A program made the position numbers and the translations under genes. 64,000 nucleotides of DNA from Deltaproteobacteria bacterium (GTDB taxonomy: Bacteria > Desulfobacterota_D > UBA1144 > Nemesobacterales > UBA2774), in contig JAJCZS010000037.1 of the NCBI GenBank assembly GCA_029262275.1, positions 42,721-106,720 of the forward strand, given 5' to 3'. The notes under the pieces are model-generated. The model saw only the letters and a program-made list of their open reading frames with translations, was not told where the DNA came from and did no database searches. Positions 31,626 to 42,116 of this stretch are shown one piece after another (position 1 is the first letter of the stretch; every line of letters starts with the position of its first letter).

Positions 31626-32783
31626 ATGCCATTTGGAATATATATACATATCCCATATTGTGTTACAAAATGTCCTTATTGTGACTTCAACTCATACGGA
31701 GTGGGCTCAAATTTTCCTGAAGATGACTATACAGATTCAATTCTAAGTGAGCTTGAGTTATACCGAAATGACATCTCAAATGTAGATTTAACCTCAATCT
31801 TTTTTGGAGGCGGTACTCCATCCCTATTTGATCCAAAAAATATAGAAAAGATTATTTCTAAAATATATGATATCACGAATAGCTCTGAAAATCTGGAGAT
31901 CTCTTTGGAGGTCAATCCAAAAACAGCCGATTTGCAAAAGCTAAGGGGGCTCAGAGCGGCGGGTATAAACCGAATAAGTGTTGGCATTCAGTCCTTTTCA
32001 GAAAGAAAGCTTAAGTTTCTAGGCAGGATTAATACTCCCGAGGATAGCAGGCAGATACTAGGGGACATAGTAGAGTCAGGGTTTGAGAACTACAGCATGG
32101 ACCTTATGTATGGAACGAAAGATGAAACATTCTCTGAATGGGAGGATGACATAGCTGAGGCGCTCAGCTTTAATTATCCCCACATTTCAGCTTATTGTTT
32201 GACGGTAGAAGACGGAACGGAATTCGGTAGGCGCTATTCACTTGGCAAATTGAAATTGCCTTCAGATGACAGACTGTCAAAATTTATTGCTTATACGACA
32301 GACTTCCTACAAAGCTCAGGTTATAGACAATATGAGATATCAAACTATGCAAAAGAAGGCTCAGAGTGCTCTCACAACATGCTTTATTGGAAAGGGCAGA
32401 GCTACTTAGGTGTGGGTGCGGGTGCTCATTCTCACTTTGCTATTACTGATTTGAATCAATGGGGAGAGAGGTGGGCTAATATTAGAAATCCTGCTCAGTA
32501 CATAAAATCGGTGCAGGAGGGTAAGAAGCCTCTAGACTTTACAGAAATCTTAAATAGGGATGAGGCAGTTCAAGATAATGTTCTTATGGGACTCAGATTG
32601 AATGATGGTATAGATCTAGTAGATATAGAGAAGAGATTTAGCATAACTGCTGATAAGGATAAGATAGGGCGTCTTGTGGAAGATGGTTTTCTTGAGAGCT
32701 CTGAGGACTTGTTTCGCTTGACCAAAAAGGGGAACTTATTATCTAACGCTGTTATTCTGCGATTTGTTGAGGCACTTAGTTAG
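31626..32783 (+). CDS. hemW: Radical SAM heme chaperone
   Basis: YIHIPYCVTKCPYCDFN, FGGGTPS, YEISNYA, HN..YW. Confidence 0.92.
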   Translation: MPFGIYIHIPYCVTKCPYCDFNSYGVGSNFPEDDYTDSILSELELYRNDISNVDLTSIFFGGGTPSLFDPKNIEKIISKIYDITNSSENLEISLEVNPKTADLQKLRGLRAAGINRISVGIQSFSERKLKFLGRINTPEDSRQILGDIVESGFENYSMDLMYGTKDETFSEWEDDIAEALSFNYPHISAYCLTVEDGTEFGRRYSLGKLKLPSDDRLSKFIAYTTDFLQSSGYRQYEISNYAKEGSECSHNMLYWKGQSYLGVGAGAHSHFAITDLNQWGERWANIRNPAQYIKSVQEGKKPLDFTEILNRDEAVQDNVLMGLRLNDGIDLVDIEKRFSITADKDKIGRLVEDGFLESSEDLFRLTKKGNLLSNAVILRFVEALS

Positions 32784-33228
32784 GAATTCTTTTTAATATG
32801 TGTTTCTCGCCGTTTGAAACTATGTAGTAGTTATCCTCTTCCTTCTTCAAATACTTCATGAATTCATAGTATGCGGGTCTTGTGAATCTAGCTTGAAACT
32901 CTCCGTCTTTAATTTTAGCATATGGGATATTTTCATTATTTGTTGTAATGGTGCTGAGGTCTAATTTTTCCTTTGTCTCGTCGTTTAGAATTATGTAGAA
33001 ATCCTCGCCCTTTTTATCTACCATTTTTACAACAAAGGGGGTGTCCTCAACTTCGATATATAGTTTTCCTGATCCTTCATCCAGAAAGTATCTACCTTTC
33101 TCGTCTCTATTGAGCAGCTTGTTGTTATACAGATAAGTAAGTCTATGCTGTATTTTGATTCCATCCTGAAACCAGTTGCCTCTTTTATCAATAAAGAATC
33201 TATAATTTATTTTTTCTTCTTTGCTCAT
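32776..33228 (-). CDS. DUF1285-like protein
   Basis: ID..G.W...G, IEVEDTPF, PY.......ARF.R.AYY pattern. Confidence 0.6.
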   Translation of the reverse strand: MSKEEKINYRFFIDKRGNWFQDGIKIQHRLTYLYNNKLLNRDEKGRYFLDEGSGKLYIEVEDTPFVVKMVDKKGEDFYIILNDETKEKLDLSTITTNNENIPYAKIKDGEFQARFTRPAYYEFMKYLKKEEDNYYIVSNGEKHILKRIPN

Positions 33229-33270
33229 CGGCTTTATTATAACAAATCTGAAAATTCCGCATACAAACAG

Positions 33271-33684
33271 CTACTCTCCCATTACCTTAACCACAACTCT
33301 TTTCTTTCTACCTCCATCAAATTCAGCATAAAAAACTCTCTGCCATGGACCCAGGTCCAGGTCACCCTCGGTTATAGGTAAAATCACCTGATGATGCATA
33401 ATTAGGTTTTTAAGATGTGCATCCCCATTGTCTTCTCCAGTTCTATGGTGCTTGTAATCATCTTTATAAGGTGCCAATCCCTCAAGCCATTCCCATATAT
33501 CTTCAATTAGCCCATCCTCGTGATCGTTTACATATACAGCAGCCGTGATATGCATAGCAGATACAAGAACAAAACCTTCCTGCACAGTGCTCTTATATAC
33601 AATATCCCTTACAGTATCTGTTATGTGGATCATTTCTCTTCTTTGTTCCGTATCAAACCATAAATACTCAGTCATGCTTTTCAT
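33271..33684 (-). CDS. YjbQ/UPF0047 family protein
   Basis: [29 protein letters not shown]. Confidence 0.93.
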   Translation of the reverse strand: MKSMTEYLWFDTEQRREMIHITDTVRDIVYKSTVQEGFVLVSAMHITAAVYVNDHEDGLIEDIWEWLEGLAPYKDDYKHHRTGEDNGDAHLKNLIMHHQVILPITEGDLDLGPWQRVFYAEFDGGRKKRVVVKVMGE

Positions 33685-33782
33685 AAATGATCTCCTCTAC
33701 ACTATTAGAATCTGATATCATTACAGATTAGCACAACTTCTTGTTTGTTATTTCTTATTAGTATGAATATTAGGAGGGTCTT

Positions 33783-34073
33783 ATGATAATTGAGTTAAGT
33801 GTTATACCGATTGGTGTCGGGCCATCTCTTTCAAAGTATGTGGCATGTGTGATGAGAGTGATTCAAGATAGTGGTTTGAATTATGAATCGCACTCAATGG
33901 CTACTAATATTGAATGTGATTGGGATGATATTACGCCACTTGTAAAAAAGTGCCACGACGAGCTTAAAAAGATGGGTGTCGAGCGCATAAGCAGCACTGT
34001 AAGAATAAGTGAGAGAACGGATAAGCCTTATACGATGGAAGGCAAGATGATCAGCTTGGAAGAGAAATTATAA
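33783..34073 (+). CDS. MTH1187-family (thiamine-binding-like) protein
   Basis: SVIPIG..SLSKYVA, SGL.Y...M.T.IE, R.DK motifs; GGAGG RBS. Confidence 0.88.
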   Translation: MIIELSVIPIGVGPSLSKYVACVMRVIQDSGLNYESHSMATNIECDWDDITPLVKKCHDELKKMGVERISSTVRISERTDKPYTMEGKMISLEEKL

Positions 34074-34144
34074 AGCTCCACGACTGTAATTAATAAATTA
34101 TTTCTTGACTCTCCTACCCATTTAAGGTTAAAACTTTTGGCATT

Positions 34145-35251
34145 ATGAGAGAAGATTGGAAGTACTGGATTGCTCTTGGTAGGGTAAGCGGATTAGGGGG
34201 CATTTCAATTAAAAACCTGTTCGACAAGTTCCAGAGTGCTGATGCTATATTTAAAGCCTCTAAAAAAGAGTTAACACAGGTAGATGGGATAAGTACTAAA
34301 CAGATTGAATCCATACAGAGTTTTAATGATTGGGGTGGTGTAGAAAAAGAGTTAGAAAAGATTGAAAAGAGACGAATAAATTTACTTCCCCTAGATGATT
34401 CTAAATATCCTGCTTCTCTACTACAAACATATAATTCTCCTCCACTGCTTTACGTGAGAGGAGAAATGATCCCCGAGGATAAGAACTCAATTGCAATAGT
34501 TGGTAGCAGACTTCCTACATCATATGGCAGAAAGGTTACAGAATCTCTCTCAGGTGAGCTTGCATCTATGGGAGTTACAATTGTAAGTGGAATGGCTAGG
34601 GGTGTTGATTCGATTGCTCAATCAAAGGCGCTTAAGATGGGGGGACGAACTATAGGGGTCTTGGGCTGCGGGTTAGATATTTATTATCCTCCTGAAAATG
34701 ACAAACTTTATGATGCTGTAGCGCAAAGTGGAGCTTTAATATCAGAGTTTCCTTTAGGTATGAGCCCTGTTTCTAGTAATTTTCCTAGAAGAAATAGAAT
34801 AATAAGCGGGCTCTCACTAGGTGTTGTGGTAGTTCAGGCATCAGAGAAAAGCGGCTCGCTTATAAGCGCTTCATTTGCGCTCGATCAGAACAAAGAAGTT
34901 TTTGCTGTTCCAGGGAATATAGACAACAAATTAAGCCGCGGAACAAATTGGCTTATCAAAAAAGGTGCTAAATTAGTTGAGACAGTGGATGATATTTTAT
35001 GTGAAGTTGAAGCCCTGAGGAATGTTAATAGCTCAGGTTTATTTGAAGAAGATAGAGTTCAAAAAATATCAGACTCCTTAACCAAGAACCAAAAAGAAGT
35101 CTTTTCTGTTTTAACTAGAGAACCTCTACATATAGATGAAATAATAAAATTAACGGGTATCGAGTCTTCAAACCTACTTTCCATATTGCTATCTCTTGAG
35201 CTTGATGACTACATAGCTCAACTGCCAGGCAAGCATTTTCAGATTAAGTGA
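34145..35251 (+). CDS. dprA: DNA-processing protein DprA
   Basis: IAIVGSR, IVSGMARGVD, FPRRNRIISG, SGSLI, VFAVPG. Confidence 0.96.
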   Translation: MREDWKYWIALGRVSGLGGISIKNLFDKFQSADAIFKASKKELTQVDGISTKQIESIQSFNDWGGVEKELEKIEKRRINLLPLDDSKYPASLLQTYNSPPLLYVRGEMIPEDKNSIAIVGSRLPTSYGRKVTESLSGELASMGVTIVSGMARGVDSIAQSKALKMGGRTIGVLGCGLDIYYPPENDKLYDAVAQSGALISEFPLGMSPVSSNFPRRNRIISGLSLGVVVVQASEKSGSLISASFALDQNKEVFAVPGNIDNKLSRGTNWLIKKGAKLVETVDDILCEVEALRNVNSSGLFEEDRVQKISDSLTKNQKEVFSVLTREPLHIDEIIKLTGIESSNLLSILLSLELDDYIAQLPGKHFQIK

Positions 35252-35319
35252 TAAATTGCATTTAATTTGATTTACCTATTGTCTGGCTGAATAATATTAA
35301 TAGATTATAAAAACTTTGT

Positions 35320-37413
35320 GTGGAGGAAATCACGATGTATACCCTTAATAGTTTGAAGACCATTAGCTTTGGTTTTATTATAGCAATTTTAGCTTTTGGA
35401 ATTCTATTATACTCATGTGATTCAAATAATAACCAAGCTCAAATACAAGGTTTTGTGCAAAGTGGTGAGCTGCCAATAGAATTTACAAATGTTGTTCTCA
35501 GAAGTACTGGAACAGAGAATGGAATCGAGATATTGGAAACAGCTCAAACAGATGAATCCGGTTTTTTCCGTATTAATTTCAATCCTCCGCAAGATCCTAA
35601 CGCCGTATTATATATAACAGCTGGGGAAGTAATTTCTTCACCTAATGTTTCTAGCAGCGGCATAATTCCTTCAGATCCTATCAGATTAGCAACAGTATTG
35701 GGTAGAAGGCCTGTTGAAAAAGATGTGGTAATTAATGAGTTGACCACTGTAGCAACTGCATATGCTATGGCTCAGTTCTTTGTTCTTGATCAAATTGATG
35801 GACCTTATCCAGGGCTACAAAATGCAGCTGATATAATGACTAGACTGGTAGAGCTTGATACGGGCAATACTACTTTTTTCCTAAATACTTTTCCAAATGG
35901 CTCAAGCACTACTACAAGAGGTGCTTTTAACTCTCTTGCCAATATGCTTGCCGCATGTGTGCGTGACAATAATGAGTGCGATACGCTGTTTGAGCTTGCA
36001 ACTACTCCCGGAGGCAACAAGCCTGGAAATACACTAAGTGCTGCTGTAAATATTGCCCATTTCCCTTGGCAAAATGTTGAAGAACTATTTGACTTCTCGC
36101 TTGAAGAGCAAGTGTATGGACCTACACTCGGGTCTACAGAGGATATTACGGCATGGGTTATAGCCATAAGGTATGTAGGCAATGGTATGGAAATCAATGG
36201 GCCAGGAAATACTGCCTTTGATGCTGAAGGCAATGCATGGATCACCAATAACTTTGTGTTTAGAGAAAACCCATTGGATGTAGCCTGCGGCGACGACCAT
36301 GTTCTCAGGCTAACTCCCACCGGTGAGGATGCACCGGGTGCGCCTTATCAGGGCGGAGGGCTTTACGGAGCGGGTTATGGCATCACCCTTGATCCAGGTG
36401 GGAATGTTTGGATCGGCAATTTTTCTTTCCAGGGTGTCGGGTGCATGTTTAATCCTATTCAACAAGATCTTCGAGCTAGATCAGTATCAAAATTCTCACC
36501 AGAAGGTGTTCCCATTTCACCTAATACTGTGGGAAATGACATAGGAGGTTTTATGGGAGCCGGCAATACGATCTTTTATCCTCAAGGTACTGTGTCAGAC
36601 AAAGAAGGTAATATTTGGATCGCAAGCTGCAGCGCAGACCATGTAACAATATTTCCCGGAGGAGATCCCGACCAAGCATTTGTAATACAAGAGACGGACG
36701 ATTCAGATGAAACAATAGTCGTCAAGCCGTTTGATGTCGCAATAGATATAGACGGAAACGCATGGGTTACAGGGAACGGGACCTCAAATGTTGCGAAGTT
36801 TGACCCCAACGGTGATCTGATATTTAACGTATCTGGGGATCAGGCGGCCGAAGCAGGGTTCAAAAAGCCGATGGGGCTTGCTACCGACATGTTTGGAAAC
36901 ACATGGGTAGCGAACTCAGGCTTTGTAACCGCCCCTTGTGATGGTGGCTCCGTACCTGGTATGTTAGCGTTTATTGCGCTTATTCTTGCCCCAGACTTTA
37001 CGAACCCAGACGCATCTTTAATCATGGTAAATTCAGACGGAACCGAGATCGGATCTTTCAAGGGCGGCGGGCTGCTGATGCCTTGGGGGATTTCGGTCGA
37101 CGGAAGCGGTAATGTGTGGGTATCTAACTTTGACGGAAATACTGTTTCATACTTTTGCGGGGAAGACACAAGCAAGTGCCCACCGGGTTTAGAGACAGGA
37201 GACCCGATAGCTCCCCTCGGTTATTTCTTTAACGGTCTTAAAAGAAGTACGTCTGTTCAGATAGACCCATCTGGAAATGTATGGGCTACTAACAACTTCG
37301 AGACAATTGCTCTATCCGAAAACCCGGGTGGAGAAGAGATGGTCGTTTTAATAGGAGCCGCAACACCTGTTGCTGCGCCGTTGATTGGACCTCCAGCTAG
37401 CATATTTGAATAA
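35320..37413 (+). CDS. Lipoprotein with NHL/Vgb-like beta-propeller repeats
   Basis: Lipobox LLYSC; about 7 D..GN.W..N repeats in the C-terminal half. Confidence 0.78.
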   Translation: MEEITMYTLNSLKTISFGFIIAILAFGILLYSCDSNNNQAQIQGFVQSGELPIEFTNVVLRSTGTENGIEILETAQTDESGFFRINFNPPQDPNAVLYITAGEVISSPNVSSSGIIPSDPIRLATVLGRRPVEKDVVINELTTVATAYAMAQFFVLDQIDGPYPGLQNAADIMTRLVELDTGNTTFFLNTFPNGSSTTTRGAFNSLANMLAACVRDNNECDTLFELATTPGGNKPGNTLSAAVNIAHFPWQNVEELFDFSLEEQVYGPTLGSTEDITAWVIAIRYVGNGMEINGPGNTAFDAEGNAWITNNFVFRENPLDVACGDDHVLRLTPTGEDAPGAPYQGGGLYGAGYGITLDPGGNVWIGNFSFQGVGCMFNPIQQDLRARSVSKFSPEGVPISPNTVGNDIGGFMGAGNTIFYPQGTVSDKEGNIWIASCSADHVTIFPGGDPDQAFVIQETDDSDETIVVKPFDVAIDIDGNAWVTGNGTSNVAKFDPNGDLIFNVSGDQAAEAGFKKPMGLATDMFGNTWVANSGFVTAPCDGGSVPGMLAFIALILAPDFTNPDASLIMVNSDGTEIGSFKGGGLLMPWGISVDGSGNVWVSNFDGNTVSYFCGEDTSKCPPGLETGDPIAPLGYFFNGLKRSTSVQIDPSGNVWATNNFETIALSENPGGEEMVVLIGAATPVAAPLIGPPASIFE

Positions 37414-37509
37414 TCTGGTGCTTAATACTAAAGTATGGCTCATTCCTTGTTCTATGGTATTATAGGAAAGTTCTATAATCTTTAATATAGCCTAGGAAGC
37501 AAATGAAGC

Positions 37510-38193
37510 ATGGCTGAGACCAAAAGACGTATCAAAAAGAAATCAGGGTCCATTAAAACTGTAATAGCTTGCTCTTATCCTATTTATGGCGAAGGGCTTA
37601 GTAGGATCCTCCAAGAAGATAAAGCAATTGAAGTTGTTGCAGAAGTGTCAAACCTTATTGATATAGTTGAATCCTGTAAGCAATATGATTTTGATATTTT
37701 ACTTCTAGACATAGAGCTCAAGGGCTTAAACCTAAACAAGATTTTGACCCTTGTTAAAAAGAATAAGGATGCCAAAGTAATTTTATTAATTGATGACAGT
37801 TATAATGAGAATTTGTTAATAAATGGCATTCGCTCAGGAATTAGGGGTTATCTAAATAAGAACGAAAAATCCTCAGAACTAATTGCATCAGTCAAAGCAG
37901 TATATGACGGGGAGCTCTGGGCGGAGAGGAAATTGATGGGTAAAGTGGTTGATGGCTCATCTTATCCCACCAAAGAAATTAATCTTAAGGGTCAAGTTTA
38001 TGACCTCACAGAGACTGAAATAAAAATAATTAAGCTTTTGCTCAGGGGGCTAACAAACAAGGAAATAGCCGATGAGTTGTATATAAGCGAGAAGACTGTG
38101 AAGTTTCATTTATATAAAGTTTTTAAAAAACTAGCGCTAAAAAACCGCTCTGAGCTTATGCTCTTTGGTTTTCGTAACGGACTTATAACTTGA
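37510..38193 (+). CDS. NarL/LuxR-family response regulator (atypical receiver)
   Basis: Receiver-like N-terminus; HTH LT..E...GLTNKEIA..L.ISEKTVK.H. Confidence 0.9.
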   Translation: MAETKRRIKKKSGSIKTVIACSYPIYGEGLSRILQEDKAIEVVAEVSNLIDIVESCKQYDFDILLLDIELKGLNLNKILTLVKKNKDAKVILLIDDSYNENLLINGIRSGIRGYLNKNEKSSELIASVKAVYDGELWAERKLMGKVVDGSSYPTKEINLKGQVYDLTETEIKIIKLLLRGLTNKEIADELYISEKTVKFHLYKVFKKLALKNRSELMLFGFRNGLIT

Positions 38194-38294
38194 GAACTCT
38201 GTCCTCAAGGGACTTTTGTGAATGTGCAGTTTCTTTATATTAAATTCATTTTTTCATGATAATCTAGTATGCTTTCAAAAATCAGGGGTTAATT

Positions 38295-39599
38295 ATGAAC
38301 ATAAGTGTAATAGGAACAGGATATGTGGGGTTAGTCACAGGTGCTTGTCTTGCGGGAAGCGGAAACAATGTGATTTGCGTTGATATTGATGAGGAAAAGA
38401 TCAAAAGCCTCAAAGAAGGCAAAGTCACATTTTACGAGCCCGGTCTTGAGGATATTGTAAAAAAGAATATAAAAGAAGAGCGTCTCCATTTCACTACCGA
38501 TCTCGACTTTGCTATAAAAAACTCCTTAATAGTTTTAATTGCTGTAGGCACACCTCCTAATGACGACGGGTCTGCTGATACGAGTGCTGTGATTAGTGTT
38601 GCACAATCTATAGGTCGCAGTCTCGATGATTATAAGGTTATAGTTACCAAAAGTACCGTACCCGTTGGTACAACAGAGATGATTCGTGATGAGATTAAAA
38701 AAATCACAGACATTAAATTTGATGTAGCGTCAAATCCTGAATTTCTAAAAGAAGGAGCTGCTGTAGAGGACTTTATGAAGCCCGACAGGGTGTTGATTGG
38801 AATAGATAATGAATCCACTGCCCAGATATTAAAGGAGCTGTATGCCCCGTTTATGAGATCAATGGACCGAGCTGTTGTCGTATCAATTAGATCATCAGAA
38901 TTAGCAAAGTACACCGCGAATGCCATGCTTGCTACAAGAATTTCCTTTATGAATGAGATTGCAAACTTATGTGAAGTAGTTGGTGCTAACATCTCAGAAG
39001 TGAGAGTTGCCATAGGCTCTGACGATAGAATAGGGCGTCATTTTCTCTATCCTGGGATTGGTTACGGCGGATCATGCTTCCCAAAGGATGTCAAAGCGCT
39101 TATTAATACAGGAAGTGAGTATGGCTCGGAGCTTCAAGTTTGCAGGGCCACTGATGAAGTAAATACCAGACAAAGAGAGCATTTTTGGCATAAGATCGAA
39201 AATTACTTCGAAACAAAACTTGAGGGCAAGAAAGTTGCCGTGTGGGGAATTTCTTTTAAACCTAAGACAGATGACATAAGAGAAGCTCCTTCACTCTACA
39301 TAATAGAAAAGCTCCTCTCCGCTGGCGCCTCGGTAACGGTACATGATCCTGTTGCAATGGATAATGCCAAAGCTCATTTTGGGGCAAAGGTAAATTACGC
39401 TGATTCCAATTACAGTGCTTGTAAGGGTGCGAATGCACTTGTTATTAACACTGAGTGGAATGAGTATAGGCAGCCTGATTTTATTAAGATGAAAGAATTA
39501 ATGGATGGAGAAGTGATCTTTGACGGTCGGAACTTATATAAACCCGATTCATTAAAAGAGATCGGGCTTAAATATTTCGGAGTTGGTATTGGTAATTAA
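38295..39599 (+). CDS. ugd: UDP-glucose 6-dehydrogenase
   Basis: GTGYVG, KSTVPVG, NPEFLKEG, GYGGSCFPKD, FKPKTDD.R. Confidence 0.95.
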   Translation: MNISVIGTGYVGLVTGACLAGSGNNVICVDIDEEKIKSLKEGKVTFYEPGLEDIVKKNIKEERLHFTTDLDFAIKNSLIVLIAVGTPPNDDGSADTSAVISVAQSIGRSLDDYKVIVTKSTVPVGTTEMIRDEIKKITDIKFDVASNPEFLKEGAAVEDFMKPDRVLIGIDNESTAQILKELYAPFMRSMDRAVVVSIRSSELAKYTANAMLATRISFMNEIANLCEVVGANISEVRVAIGSDDRIGRHFLYPGIGYGGSCFPKDVKALINTGSEYGSELQVCRATDEVNTRQREHFWHKIENYFETKLEGKKVAVWGISFKPKTDDIREAPSLYIIEKLLSAGASVTVHDPVAMDNAKAHFGAKVNYADSNYSACKGANALVINTEWNEYRQPDFIKMKELMDGEVIFDGRNLYKPDSLKEIGLKYFGVGIGN

Positions 39600-39794
39600 A
39601 CACTAAGGTGTTTTTCTTGATAACGACTTTTGTACGGCGTGCATATAATATGGGATATTCAGTACTAGCGATTTTATACTAAAATTTGCATTAATATTTA
39701 TTCAGGTAAAATGCCTTATAATCAAATACGAGATTGAATCTCAAATGTTTATGATTAATCTAAAGAATGAAAATAGATTGAAAATAGGTGAATA

Positions 39795-42062
39795 ATGTCT
39801 AAATCTCTCATTATTGTAGAGTCTCCAGCGAAGGCCAAGACTATAAAGAAGTACCTGGGTGCAGATTTCAGTGTTGAAGCTTCCTCAGGCCATCTTATTG
39901 ATCTTCCTACAAGTAAACTAGGTGTGGATGTAGAAAATAATTTTAACCCCGAATATGTAGTTATAAGAGGAAAAGGTAAATATCTAGATAAACTCAAGAA
40001 AGCTGCAAATAAGGCTGAAAACGTTTATTTGGCGTCTGACCCTGATAGAGAGGGAGAGGCAATAGCATGGCATATTGCCAATGAGTTAGACATCTGGGAC
40101 AGGTCTCATAGAGTGCTGTTTCATGAAATTACCAAGAATGCAGTTCAAAAATCAATAGAAAATCCCACCGATCTAAGCCAAGACAGATTTGAAGCACAGC
40201 AAGCTAGGAGAGTTCTTGATAGACTTGTTGGTTATCAGGTAAGCCCACTTTTATGGAGAAAAGTCAAAAAAGGGCTTAGTGCAGGCAGAGTGCAAAGTGT
40301 CGCACTTCGGATAGTTGTTGAAAGAGAGAGACAAATTGAGGCATTTAAGGCCAAAGAATATTGGTCTATTGAATCTGAGCTAAAGCGCAATCAAGATGAG
40401 CCCTCCGATTCATTTATAGCTAATTTAGTTAGATTTGAAAGTGAGAAGACTGAAATATCTAATGAAGAGCAGTCAAATCATATACTTGATTCAATTAGAG
40501 GAAAGACTTTTGTTGTTTCTTCTGTAGATAGAAAGGACAAGAAAAGAAATGCGCTTCCACCTTTTATTACTAGCACACTTCAGCAGGAAGCCTCACGCAA
40601 GATCAGATTTGGAACTAAGAAAACAATGTCGGTTGCTCAGAAACTCTATGAAGGAATAGACCTTGGTGCAGAAGGCCCAGTTGGTCTTATTACTTATATG
40701 AGAACTGACTCAGTTAGGGTTTCAAATGATGCACTTGATGATGCTAGAAACTATATTAAAACAAATTATGGTAATGAATATTTACCCGGAAGTCCTAATA
40801 CATTTAAAGTTAAGAAGTCAGCTCAAGATGCGCATGAGGCGATAAGGCCCACATTTGTAGATAAAATTCCTGAATCTATAAAAGAATTTCTTTCTGATGA
40901 AGAATACAAGCTCTATAAACTTATATGGCAGAGGTTTGTTGCATCTCAGATGACACCAATGATCTATGATCAGACAACCGTAGAAATAGAAGCTGGTAAG
41001 GCCGTATTTCGTGCAACGGGTTCAATAATAAAATTTGCTGGTTTCTCAGCCGTATATCTTGAAGGTAAGGAAGAAGAGGAAGAAGCAAAGGAAAAAGATG
41101 AGATGAGAAAACTTCCAGATGTTTCAAAGGGAGATAGTCTTGATCTTATTAACCTTGAGGGTAAACAGCACTTCACTCAGCCACCACCAAGATTTACAGA
41201 GAGCTCTTTGGTTAAAGAGCTTGAAGAAAAAGGAATAGGGCGCCCGTCCACTTATGCGAGTATTATCTCAACCATTACAGACCGTGAATATGTTCTTAGA
41301 GAAAAGAACAGACTCTCTCCAACCGTTTTAGGCCGCACTGTAAATGATCTTTTAATACAAGGTTTTCCTGAGATTATGGATGTGAAGTTTACTGCTGATA
41401 TGGAAGAGAAGTTAGATGATGTCGAGGACGGCAATATAAACTGGGTTGAGCTCTTAAAGAGTTTTTATGACGGTTTTTCCGAGAGATTAGATAAAGCACA
41501 GGATTCTATGAAAGGCGTTGAGACAAATATTGCCTGTGACAGCTGTAGTGCTCCAATGATAATTAAATGGGGTAAAGGAGGAGAGTTCTTATCTTGCTCC
41601 AAGTACCCTGAATGTAAAAATGCAAAGGCTTTTGAGTATGACAAAGAAGGGAAAATTGTAATAATAGAAAGAGCAGCTCCTGAGTTAAGAGAAGATCTCC
41701 CGTGTGATAAATGTAGTGCTCCAATGGTAATTAAACAAAGCAGACGAGGCGAGTTCTTGGCATGCTCACGTTATCCTGATTGCAAGAACGCAAAAGCTTT
41801 TGAGCTAGATCCGGACGGAAACATAAAGGTTCTCGAAAAAGAAGAGCCCGTAATCAGAGAGGATATAAAGTGCGAGAAATGTGGCAAGCCAATGGCCGAG
41901 CGTAAGGGCAGGTATGGCAAATTCGTTGGATGCACAGGATATCCAAAGTGTAGAAATATTAAAAACATAGATGAAAATGGAAATATTGTAGCGTCTAAGC
42001 CCTTTGGAAAAGGTAAAAAGGGTGCTAAGAAAGAAACAGAAGAAACCAAAGATACGAATTGA
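39795..42062 (+). CDS. topA: DNA topoisomerase I
   Basis: IVESPAK, DPDREGE, SAGRVQS, ITYMRTDS, GIGRPSTY; three C-terminal C4 zinc ribbons. Confidence 0.98.
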   Translation: MSKSLIIVESPAKAKTIKKYLGADFSVEASSGHLIDLPTSKLGVDVENNFNPEYVVIRGKGKYLDKLKKAANKAENVYLASDPDREGEAIAWHIANELDIWDRSHRVLFHEITKNAVQKSIENPTDLSQDRFEAQQARRVLDRLVGYQVSPLLWRKVKKGLSAGRVQSVALRIVVERERQIEAFKAKEYWSIESELKRNQDEPSDSFIANLVRFESEKTEISNEEQSNHILDSIRGKTFVVSSVDRKDKKRNALPPFITSTLQQEASRKIRFGTKKTMSVAQKLYEGIDLGAEGPVGLITYMRTDSVRVSNDALDDARNYIKTNYGNEYLPGSPNTFKVKKSAQDAHEAIRPTFVDKIPESIKEFLSDEEYKLYKLIWQRFVASQMTPMIYDQTTVEIEAGKAVFRATGSIIKFAGFSAVYLEGKEEEEEAKEKDEMRKLPDVSKGDSLDLINLEGKQHFTQPPPRFTESSLVKELEEKGIGRPSTYASIISTITDREYVLREKNRLSPTVLGRTVNDLLIQGFPEIMDVKFTADMEEKLDDVEDGNINWVELLKSFYDGFSERLDKAQDSMKGVETNIACDSCSAPMIIKWGKGGEFLSCSKYPECKNAKAFEYDKEGKIVIIERAAPELREDLPCDKCSAPMVIKQSRRGEFLACSRYPDCKNAKAFELDPDGNIKVLEKEEPVIREDIKCEKCGKPMAERKGRYGKFVGCTGYPKCRNIKNIDENGNIVASKPFGKGKKGAKKETEETKDTN

Positions 42063-42116
42063 TTGATTTGGCTCGTATTTGTTATACACTTTACTCTGAA
42101 ATATAAATAATCCTTA

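Noticed and set aside
32776-32783. 8-nt overlap of convergent genes (hemW and DUF1285-like)
   Set aside because: Common in compact genomes; no further signal.
41530-41960. About 168-nt imperfect tandem repeats in topA
   Set aside because: They are the ordinary C-terminal zinc-ribbon repeats of TopA.
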